64,000 nucleotides of DNA from Takakia lepidozioides (taxonomy: Eukaryota; Plantae; Bryophyta), in the NCBI GenBank assembly GCA_030704615.1, contig CM060731.1, positions 96,100,001 through 96,164,000 on the forward strand, in the 5' to 3' direction. This document shows, piece by piece, positions 23,870 through 34,300 of this stretch. Position 1 is the first letter of the stretch. Each line of letters begins with the position of its first letter. A program made the translations under genes and the position numbers. The notes under the pieces were generated by a model, which did not search any database, was not told the origin of the DNA, and saw nothing but the letters and a program-made list of their open reading frames with translations.

Positions 23870-26620
23870 ACGTAGAGGTAATTCGGAGCGCTGCACGATG
23901 GAATTCCGGCGCCGGATTTCCATCAGCGGAGGAAGGGCGGCGCTGGAAATTTCCCTCACGCAGGTAATTCGGAAGCGCGCGGATGGAAATCCGGCGACGA
24001 ATTTCCATCCAGCCAGGTAGGGCGGCGCTGGAAATTTCCCTCACGCAGGTAATTCGGAAGCGCGCGGATGGAAATCCGGCGACGAATTTCCATCCAGCCA
24101 GGTAGGGCGGCGCTGGAAATTTCCCTCAAGCAGGTAATTCGGAAGCGCGCGGATGGAAATCCGGCGACGAATTTCCATCCAGCCAGGTAGGGCGGCGCTG
24201 GAAATTTCCCTCACGCAGGTAATTCGGAAGCGCGCGGATGGAAATCCGGCGACGAATTTCCATCCAGCCAGGTAGGGCGGCGCTGGAAATTTCCCTCACG
24301 CAGGTAATTCGGAAGCGCTCGAATGGAAATCCGGCGCCGAATTTCCATCCAGCCAGGTAGGGCGGCGCTGGAAATTTCCCTCAAGCAGGTAATTCGGAAG
24401 CGCTCGGATGGAAATCCGGCGCCGAATTTCCATCCGCGGAGAAAGGTCGGCGCGCCGAATTTCCCTCACGCAGGTAATTCGGAAGCGCGCGGATGGAAAT
24501 CCGGCGCCGAATTTCCATCCAACCAGGTAGTGCGGCACTGGAAATTTCCCTGAAGCAGGTAATTCGGAAGCGCGCGGATGGAAATCCGGCGCCGAATTTC
24601 CATCCAGCCAGGTAGGGCGGCGCTGGAAATTTCCCTCAAGCAGGTAATTCGGAAGCGCTCGGATGGAAATCCGGCGCCGAATTTCCATCCAACCAGGTAG
24701 TGCGGCGCTGGAAATTTCCCTGAAGCAGGTAATTCGGAAGCGCGCGGATAGAAATCCGGCGCCGAATTTCCATCTAGCCAGGTAGGGCGGCGCTGGAAAT
24801 TTCCCTCAAGCAGGTAATTCGGAAGCGCTCGGATGGAAATCCGGCGCCGAATTTCCATCCGCGGAGGTAGGGCGGCGCGCCGAATTTCCCTCACGCAAGT
24901 AATTCGGTGCCGAATTTCCATCATGCAGGTAATTCGAATACCGGATGAATGGAAATTCCTGCAGGTAAGTGGAATCCCGGATAAATGAAAATTCGGCGCC
25001 GAATTTCCATCCTGCAGGTAATTCGAATCCCGGATGAATGGAAATTCGGCGCCGAATTTCCATCTAGCAGGTGATTCGAATCCCGGATGAATGGAAATTC
25101 GGCGCCGAATTTCCATCCAGCAGGTAAGTCGGATCGGTGCCGTTTGGATATTCGGCGCCGAATTTCCATTCGCCAAGTATTTCTGAGCGAGGAATTACCT
25201 TCGTGCAGGTAATTCCCAGATGAGAATTACCTTCCTGCAGGTAATTCGTCGATCAGAATTACCTTCGTGCAGGTAATTCTGGACGAGGAATTAACATCCT
25301 ACCGGCATCGATTGGAATTACCTGCAGGAAGGTAATTCTCATCTGGAAATTACCTGCACGAAGGTAATTCTGAGCGATGAAATACATGGCGAATGGAAAT
25401 TCGGCGCCGAATATCCATACGCCATCGATCCGACTTACCTGCTGGATGGAAATTCGGCGCCGAATTTCCATTTATCCGGGATTCCACTTACCTGCTGGAT
25501 GGAAATTCGGCGCCGAATCTCCATCCATCCGAGATTCCACTTACCTGCTGGATGGAAATTCGGCGCCGAATTTACATTCATCCGGTATTCGAATTACCTG
25601 CAGGATGGAAATTCGGCGCCGAATCTCCATCCATTCGAGATTCCACTTACCTGCTGGATGGAAATTCGGCGCCGAATTTCCATTCATCTGGTATTCGAGT
25701 TACCTGCAGGATGGAAATTCGGCGCCGAATTTCCATTTATCTGAGATTCCACTTACCTGCTGGATGGAAATTTCGGCGCCGAATTTCCATTCATCCGGGA
25801 TTTGAATTACCTGCAGGATGGAAATTCGGCGCCGAATCTCCATCCATCCGGGATTCCACTTACCTGCTGGATGGAAATTCGGCGCCGAATCTCCATCCAT
25901 CCGGGATTCCACTTACCTGCTGGATGGAAATTCGGCGCCGAATTTCCATCCGGGGGATGGTCTCTGTTGGAGAGGTGCCGCCTCTCCGCCGCTCTGTTGG
26001 ATATTCGGTGCCGAATTTCCGTCCCGGGGGTTGAAATATGACGGCCAGGTGCCGACCTCTCCCTTCTCCCCGACTACATTGGAACGGCCCCGAATTGAAA
26101 TTCGGCGCCGTTTTCCCATCTGGGGAGGTTTTTATGTCGGCCAGTTTTCGGTCTGACCCCCCAACAAGACTTCCTTTGGGGGGGCCCGGATGGAAATTCG
26201 GCGCCGAATCTCCATCCAGGGGATGTTCTCTGTCGCACACTCGCCGGCCTCTGCGCCCGAGGCGACTTCATCCGGGCGTCCCCTGTTCGATATTCGGTGC
26301 CGAATTTCCGTACGGGGGTTGAAATGTGACGGCCAAGTGCAGGCCACTCCCCCCTCCCCGACTGCATCCGAACCGCCCCGGATGGAAATTCGGCGCCGTT
26401 TTTCCATCTGGGGATGTTTTTATGCCGTCCAGTTTTCGGCCTGACCCCCCGACACGACTCCCTTTGGGGGGCCCGGATGGAAATTCGGCGCCGAATCTCC
26501 ATCCAGGGGATATTCTCTGTCGCACACACTCCGGCCTCTGCGCCCGAGGCGACTTCATCCGGGCTTCCTCTGTTGGATATTGGGTGCCGAATTTCCATTC
26601 GGGGGTAGTAATGTGACGGC
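23870..26620. repeat. Central compound repeat: ~12 x 85-bp units, ~53-57-bp units mirrored about ~25290, then ~2.5 x 266-287-bp units
   Basis: 85-bp period measured at 23942/24027/24112. All unit types carry GGAAAT(T/C)CGGCG(C/A)CGAATTTCC. Confidence 0.95.
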
Positions 26621-26901
26621 ACGGTGCCGGCTTCTCCCCTTCAGCCGTCATCATCCGGACGGCCCCCCACTTTCTGGCTGCATACCGTTGGCAGTTATTG
26701 CGCAAAGACGAGGGGCCGCATTCCGGAGACAAGGTTCATTAACACTCTGACTGTGGATTTTTGAGATAGTTGGCTCCCTGGATTTGGATCAGGCTTCGTC
26801 GCTCGGACAAATCGGCATCGCATTCATTCCCATCGCTGCACCCCCTTCTACCAGGGAGCTTCCCCGCATGCCATCCTGGCAGTCTTGTGTGCACATCTCC
26901 C

Positions 26902-29900
26902 ATGGCGGAAAACCCGAGCGCTACAGTGTACTGCCCTCCTCACGAGCATAGAGCTTCATTTCCGTGCAGAGGGGACACCTGCCGGGTGATGGAGAAATAT
27001 CTGTGCGTTCGATACCACCTGAAACCGGGGTCGGTTTTTTTGGAGGAGGAAAGGAAGGACTCAAACGGCCTTGTTGTCGAGAGTATTGTTGTGCTCCACG
27101 ATGATTTCGGCGATGGTAGGGAATGGCGAGTTCCACCATCGGACAACGTCATATACAAGGCTGTTGGGGACTTCATTTGCCCGCCAAATGCACCGTCTAT
27201 CCTGGCGCCTTCCACGAAACAATCCGCGAATCAGAGAGTGGGTACCTCAAAGAGAGAAGTCCGCAACGAAGTAAATCCAGAGCCGAACCCATCCATGAAG
27301 ACGACCGAGAACCGGGTTGTTCACAACCTGTCCGACTCAGACGAGGTCATGGAAGTTCCGAGGTCGTCCTGGAGATCAGGCAAGTCCTCAATGGACGTCA
27401 GTGGAGGAGGGAGTCATATTCCCAGCACGAGCACCGCAGTTCGATCTATTCTAGAAATTCTGCGAGGGCTTCACCTAGAAGGACACCGGTCGGAGCTGGC
27501 CGGGCTGGACTACAGCAAGTTCGCAATTAAATCGGTTACATGCCTTCCCGCCGACGTCGACGGTAATATCTTCTTTGAGTTCCCTCCTCGGGCGGACTAC
27601 TCGAGGGCGTCCGGAATGTTGACAGATATGGATAGAAAACATGACGGTCATCCTTGGTGCGTTACCAAAACCACCAGCATGAAGATGCTTGATGGTGTGC
27701 GGGTGCGCTACGTTGTTTGTGCGGGCGCGTTGCGGTGTTTCTCCCCAACTTGCTTCCACTTTAAATCCAGAGGTCACAGGAACGAGACCGATTGGACAGG
27801 CACAGCTCACCAACCATTTCGAGCTCAGGAGAAGGTTCCGAACTCCACATTTAAGTGTGCGCATTGCAAAGAACCACCACACTGCATGTCTGTTTGTAAT
27901 GCCAAGCAGTTCTATGTGTTGCACCGTTTCCCTGACCTCACCCGAGCTTGCATACACGTTGGTTCCCATTGTCACAAATTGGCGAGGGGGAACTCGCGGG
28001 AGGCTGCCCACGAAGCAGAGCAACTCGTTCAGGAGGAGGTTAAGTTGAGACCGGGTGCCAAACCCAAACAGATACAGCTCCAAGCCGCCCATAAGATGGC
28101 ATTGGCCAGAATTATGTCGGAAGACGGCTCCGATAGAGTTCCTCTCGACGAGAAGGAAATGGAGGCATTGCTGGAGTCGGTGTCCCACGTATGTTCACCG
28201 AATGTCCGAAACCACATTGTCTCATGCAAACAGAAAATTGGGCGTGGCTCGGATATGCACTCCATTTTGGAGGTGAAGCGACGATGTGGATATGACTACA
28301 TTCATGGAAGTAGGTTTCCAGGACAAGGGACTGAGGCATATCGTTGTTTCGTATTCAAAATGTCCACGTGTGGACCTGGCAGTGGCGTCAAACTGGTCGA
28401 CAGGATGACGAGTGGGAACTTGTCAAACAGTTGGGTCATGTTCGACCATATCAAGCGAATTACAAATCACCAGTGGGTGACAATGGGTGCACATGTCTAC
28501 GACACCCACTGCAGGATGCTAACGACAATTGCTATTTGTGAGATGAAAGGAGAGGACACACAATTGGAGATGCTTCTTTGGCAGGGAATAAACGAACAGA
28601 TGGCCAAGGCGGGATTGCCCCCTCCCAATTTCCGTGGTTTCATGGCGGACAACGCACAAGCAAATTGGGCTGCCATCCGAAGGGTGTACGGGCAAGACCC
28701 CAATGTTCCCATGGAAGGCAAGGAGAGATCTTGTGGGTTCCATTTTCTGCAGAGCCTTTCGCAGTACACAACCAGGCTCGTGGCGCCAGATTTCAGAGAG
28801 GAGCACCGTTCCATGTGCCTTGCGTGGAAGCGCGCTCCCACCTTGGATGATGCAGAGACACAGTTTGCATGCATACGGGCTTGGTGGACATCGTCAGGTG
28901 CTGTAAGGAAATCAGACGAAGGAGCAATGGTCAGTTGGCTAGCATGGTGGCATTATCGTTTCCTCCAGTTCGGCGACTATATGCGGGAGGTGAGTTGCAC
29001 GAATTCGCGTCCCGTTGGATATTATTCTTGGCCATATTTGTAACTTGCTTGTAACCTCAACATGTGCTTGTGCAGGAAATGTGTCTCGCCTCCGACACCG
29101 ACATGCCCACGACAAACATGGCCGAATCAGTGCACTCTTCCTGGCGTGCCTCCTCTGCGGCGCATCTGGTGGACATCCTCACTGCCACAACGGAGGACAT
29201 TGTGAGGTCAATTATGCAGCAATGCAGGTACAACGAGTTCTTGAAAGGGAAACAGTGGGGCTTGGGGCCGGACAGGCAGGAAATGCTGATGCGGACTGCC
29301 TCCAGATCGAAGAATCCTCGGAAGTGGGCGGCGGCCTTGCGAGAGGGCCTTCGGGACACGCCATTGCTGCGAAGAGGCCAACATTTGGAAGGAGATGTTC
29401 ATACCCGTCCAGTGAGACGAAGACTTGACGAGGCACCTGGCGGAGAAGAGGATTCATGGCGAGCTGACAAGAATATTCGCACGCTCCCTCGTGGTCCGGT
29501 GATGTTGTCCGAGGAGGTCTTGTCGAGCACCGGAAGTCCTGCACGTTCAAGATCGCCATCTCCTTTGAGCACAGGGCGCGTGCCCCGGCAACATAACGAG
29601 CCATCTGTAGTAAAGCAATACAACATTCCCATTGTGGAGACAAGAGTGTCGGAGTCACAGTGGAGAATTGCGAGGACATTGCCGGCATTTCGAGGGAAGT
29701 GTTGCGCCATCCGGGTGGATACGAGAGCACGCTGTGGTGAGATGATTCGGAGGAACCCACACGGTGTTGTACCTGCACCTTGTTTCAGCGGCAGATTTTT
29801 GACTCCCACATTTGCTCACGCCACAACGCAGACATTTTGGTTCTGTAGGCACGACATAATGACCTGTGTATTTGGCAAGCCCAAGTACGGGATTCAGGGA

Positions 29901-30494
29901 ATGCCGGAGCCTCCGGGCGTCTGGCCTGTTGCACCGGGTTGCAGCCTCTCTCAGAATGAGGCGGATGCTCTATCTGCAGCAGGATTTCGAATGGTGCAAC
30001 GCACAGACATCCCGGCCCACGCATTTCCGGTTCCTCAGACCCAGCCATTGCAGACTGCTCGGTCCAGTAGAGACGGATTGGACAATTCTGCACATCCCAC
30101 AATGCGATTCGGAAGAGTGAAGAGACGACACCCTCCCAACAAGTTGAATGAGACTCGGATTGCCAATGCTCTTGGGATGGCTTGCACTATTCAGAGCTCC
30201 GTGGACGTACCCCCACCCGGCCTTGGGCGTGTGTATCGGATGGCAACGGCCGGCTCAGCTGTACGCGACGATGTATACACAATTACGATTGGAGTGGAGC
30301 CGACTTGCAACTGTACGGACTTCTCGTTGATGGAAGCAAAGAAGGGTTCGAAGTATTATCCGTGCAAGCATCTGTATTACATTTACCTGAAGAGGTTGAG
30401 GATGAACGTGACTATTGATGACTTTATTCATGCACCGGCGTTGAGCGTGAACGAGCTGCACAAACTCCTCCTTAGGGATTCCAGAAATCATTGA
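26902..30494 (+). CDS. Intact two-exon MULE transposase of M2 (26902-28989 + 29076-30494, ~1168 aa)
   Basis: Open exons joined in phase by an 86-bp GTGAG…TGCAG intron. GCM-like DGHPWC…HVGSHCH; MFDH, FMAD, CGFHF, TNMAESVH; SWIM CNCTDF…PCKH. Confidence 0.9.
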
Positions 30495-30649
30495 TGGGGC
30501 AAACGGAATCCTCCATATGGATATTTTCAAATGCATTTTGCTGTATCAGACTTTTTTTTGCAGTGTAATGAAATGCACCCCAAAACTCCTGGAATGAGGC
30601 AATATTCCATTCAAACTGAGATCCAACAGAAGCAGTTGTGGGGCCATTT

Positions 30650-31010
30650 CTGGAAAAATGGCGCCGAATTTCTCTTTTTGGGGCCGAAAACTCGCTAAGT
30701 CCCAACATGCACTGGTACCTGTGTTTGGGAAAATGGCGCCGAATTTCTCTTTTTGGGGCCGAAAACTGGCTAAGTCCCAACATGCACTGGTACCGTGTCT
30801 GGAAAAATGGCGTCGAATTTCTCTTTTTTGGGCCGAAAACTGGTTAAGTCCGAACATGCACTGGAAAAATGGCGCCGAATTACCTGTCATGAGGGGACCT
30901 ATAGCCGTGGAATTCGGCACCATTTTTCGCCAGAGAGACCTATTGCCGCGAAATACGTCGCCGTTTTTTCAGGTTACGGACCCTATTACCGCGAAATTCG
31001 GCGCCATATT
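30650..31010. repeat. Right subterminal ~75-bp repeats of M2
   Basis: Three units with ATGGCGCCGAATTTC and GCTAAGTCCC plus degenerate copies. Confidence 0.9.
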
Positions 31011-31204
31011 TGCACATGTCGCTGGGAATTGGCATGAGCGGAAGACGAAATTTCATGAGCACAACTGTCAAAAGTGCAATTTTTCCTTCAAGGGGCCGAA
31101 TAATATATTTGTTTTTCCTGACACATTGCATTAAATTATTGTTTTTTATTGTTTTTTATTTTTGAAATTTGTACTTCTGCTCATGAAAACCGATTGTGTT
31201 ACTA

Positions 31205-31244
31205 CTCTGCTCATGCCGCTCATGCTCATGAAATAGCAAACCTC
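31205..31244 (-). repeat. Right TIR of M2
   Basis: Reverse complement GAGGTTTGCTATTTCATGAGCATGAGCGGCATGAGC, the same as the start at 39507. Confidence 0.88.
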
Positions 31245-31338
31245 TAAACTTATAGTGGCTGGTTCTTCTAGGATTTCCATTTCTCCCTCTCTTTCCTCAT
31301 AGAAATGTGGTGGGTAACTGTTTGTTTCACCCTCAATT

Positions 31339-34300
31339 TGTCGCGCACCTCACTTCGGTAAGCTCCCCCCTCAAGTCATAGTTACTCGCTTGATGCGCGT
31401 GCCTAACTCCCAACCTGGCCGCCGGGCCAACTTGGAGCTCCGGCTGCTCACCGGGGCATAACGGTCCCCCTTTGATCTCCCAAAGAACCCTCCAATGCTT
31501 TGGAACCAGCGGAATTCCCTTTGGTAGTTGGCAGTCCAGAACAGCTCCCCACTTTTTGGTCGCTTTCCGGCTCGTTCGCTTACTCACTAGTTTTTGGGCA
31601 CCAACGGGCTTGCACCGTTCTCGGGGTTACTACTCCCTATATATACACTTGTAGCTGTCCGCGGGGGTTTCACAAACAACCATGCCATTTTATGGCGAAC
31701 CACCACGAACACCCTCGACTCCCGGTGATGAGTCGCGGTGAGTCTTGGCCCACCCACCACGGCCCCTATGGACCGTGATGAGTCCCAAGACTCCCCACGA
31801 CTCCCACCACGAGGTCTCCGCCCCAAGGTAAGTCCTATGCCACCCCCACTAAGTCCCGCTAAGCTACCACCACCCCTTGTGGAGCCACCCCCACCGCAAC
31901 CCGGTGTGCGGGGCTCCACCTAGTGAGCGCCTCCGCCTCATTGAGTGCTTTGGGCACTCAAGGGTGCTTCAGCCCCCCATACCTATCGCTGCCACTGCCC
32001 CCACCACAGGGGCAGCCCCTCTTGTGTCCCGACCCCTGCCCTCAAGGCAAAGGGCCGCGACACACACCCCTACCAACAGGGTGTCGATGTCCTCATCGGC
32101 TTGTCCATTTTGTGGAAACGAACATCCAAGTTGTGGCGTCCCACATCAAGGAGTTTGTTTCCATACCATGGCGTCCCATGGCAAAGAACCAAACCCCACA
32201 CTTGACTCTACTCTCCACTAGCTAGTTCGGCCGACTTCCTCCAAGTCCGGGCCAAGGGTGGAGCCTCTCAAGCTCCTCCCAGTGCACTCTTCTTGGCCTA
32301 CCTCAAGGCCAAGGAACGATCCTCCCCGAGGATCGAATCGCCTTACTGCAATAACATTGCTTGCGACCGCTCATGATGCCGCTTTTGGCATCACCTTGAG
32401 CAAGGGTTCACCTCGAACCCTCTTTGACTAGGAAGATAACCTTGAACCAACCGCGCGCCCCAATCACTACAATTGGGTCCGCCTTGGAATGCTGGCCTGA
32501 GGTACAGGAACACGCCGAAGCCGCACTACGACTTCGTCCCGAGGCTACACGATTATAGTACGTGAACGGAAGCACGTAGCTTCCGCGTTAGCCCGCACTA
32601 CAAGGCAACCCCCTCGGTAGCGCAGTTATAGTATGTGCACGCGCCAGGTGCGCACTAGCACGTGAACTCCTAAAGAATGCCCAAGTTTCCTTGCCCCTTT
32701 GGATGGAAGTCACCCGATTTCGGCACTGCGCAAACACACGATTAACCCAATTTACCTCTCCCACTTTTGTAAGCTAGCATGCATTCTACACACTAGCCAA
32801 CCACACCATGCATCACCATTCCAAACAAAATAGGACGCACAACATTTGGAACCCATTTCCTTTATAACAAATTTTTGTACAATACAAGTTTTTGCAATCG
32901 GATTCCTAAGCTAGCTAAGCCGGGCTAAGCATGCATTTCCTCCCCCACGCTCCAAGGTTGATGTCCCCATCAACGCTTCTTCCGTTTTTGAGGTCGCCCT
33001 TCGAAAATTGCAACCGCCTCGGATGCGTTTCCCATTTCTGAGGCACGCACCCAAGATGCCTCCACATGATGATAGCCCTTCCATTTGACGAGATACTCCG
33101 TTTCTCGGTTCTTGAACCTCCTCGACTTAAGTACTGCCTCTACCTCATACTCAGGTTCACTTTCATGATCCAACAGCACAGGTGGCGGACGCAACACTTG
33201 ATGCTGATTCGGACGCACTTCATCTTTGAAGTAAGGCTTCAAAAGGGAGACATGGAATACTAGATGCACCTTGCTGTTTGCCGGCAGCTCCAATTCATAC
33301 ACATCCTCATTCATAACCTTCCGGATGCGAAAGGGTCCCGCATACGGAGGTACGAACTTTGGATTCACTTCCGGAGGTAGTCGGAAATTCTTGATGTTCA
33401 ACCAGACCTCCGTGCCTGCCTCAAACTTCACTTCCCTCCGCTTCCGATTCGCCTGCCTTTCATACCGTTTCCTAGCTTTGGCAATGTTGTACTTTGCGAG
33501 CTTCAACAAACGCTCGCGTTCTTCCAGTACCGCCGCTACTGCCGGTTCCTCAACGTCCTGGGCGGCCCAACTTGTCGGCACCAGAGGTGCTTTTCCATAG
33601 ACCAATACGAAAGGGGAAACTCCCGTTGCGGAGTGTTCTGTGTTATTATAACAGAACTCTGCCGCGGCTAAGTGTTCCACCCAGTCTGTTTGGTCTGCCG
33701 ACACGTAATTCCGCAAGATCTGCTTCACTACGGAATTCACTCTTTCCGTTTGGCCGTCGGTCGTAGGTCGGAAGGCGGTGCTCATCTTCAGCCTTGTCCC
33801 CATCTTCTTCCAAAGTGCCCTCCAAAATTTACTCGTAAACTTTGGATCGCGGTCCGAGACAATATCCTTTGGGACTCCATGATGCTTTAAGACGTGGGCG
33901 AAGTAAAGTCGCCCTGTCTCCTGCGCCGTTGCTGTCTCCTTGGTGGGGATGAAATGGCCCATTTTACTGAACCTATCCACCACCACCATGATTGCATCAA
34001 ATCCTTTTGACAGCGGCATAGCAGTCATGAAATCCATCGAGACGCTTTCCCAAGTCCCCTCTGGAATCGGCAAGGGTTGTAACAGCCCCGCTTGTTTTTT
34101 GTACTCGCTCCGGTTTTGTTGGCATGTGGTGCATGTCTTGACATACTCCTCTACCTCCTCCCTCAGTTTGGGCCAGAAATACTCTTTCTTCAAGAGTGTC
34201 GCAGTGCGCTTGGCTCCGCCGTGGCCCGTAAGCGGGCTATCATGGCATTCTCTCAAGAGGCTATCTCTGATCCCTCCCTTCGGCACGTAGAGACGCTTTT

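Larger units (their letters stand above)
17020..31244 (+). mobile_element. 14.2-kb Mutator-like DNA transposon (subfamily M2) carrying a ParB-like/methyltransferase-like cargo gene
   Basis: Inverted ends GGGGTTCTGCTATTTCATGAGCGGCATGAGC… (17020) and …GCTCATGCTCATGAAATAGCAAACCTC (31244), each abutting recognisable gypsy sequence. The same right end is at 39507. Shared repeat motifs occur throughout. No TSD. Confidence 0.82.

Noticed and set aside
19600-26620. CRISPR-like arrays of palindromic repeats
   Set aside because: The intervening sequences are themselves repeated rather than unique spacers, there are no cas genes, and the context is eukaryotic.
23723-26732. Many ORFs such as MEIRRRISI… and WKFGAEFP…
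   Set aside because: They are translations of the palindromic tandem repeats, appearing on both strands.
26902-30494. KDZ/Zisupton or CACTA classification
   Set aside because: The FMAD…CxFH…TNxAES pattern with a C-terminal SWIM fits Mutator, and the ends are not CACTA.
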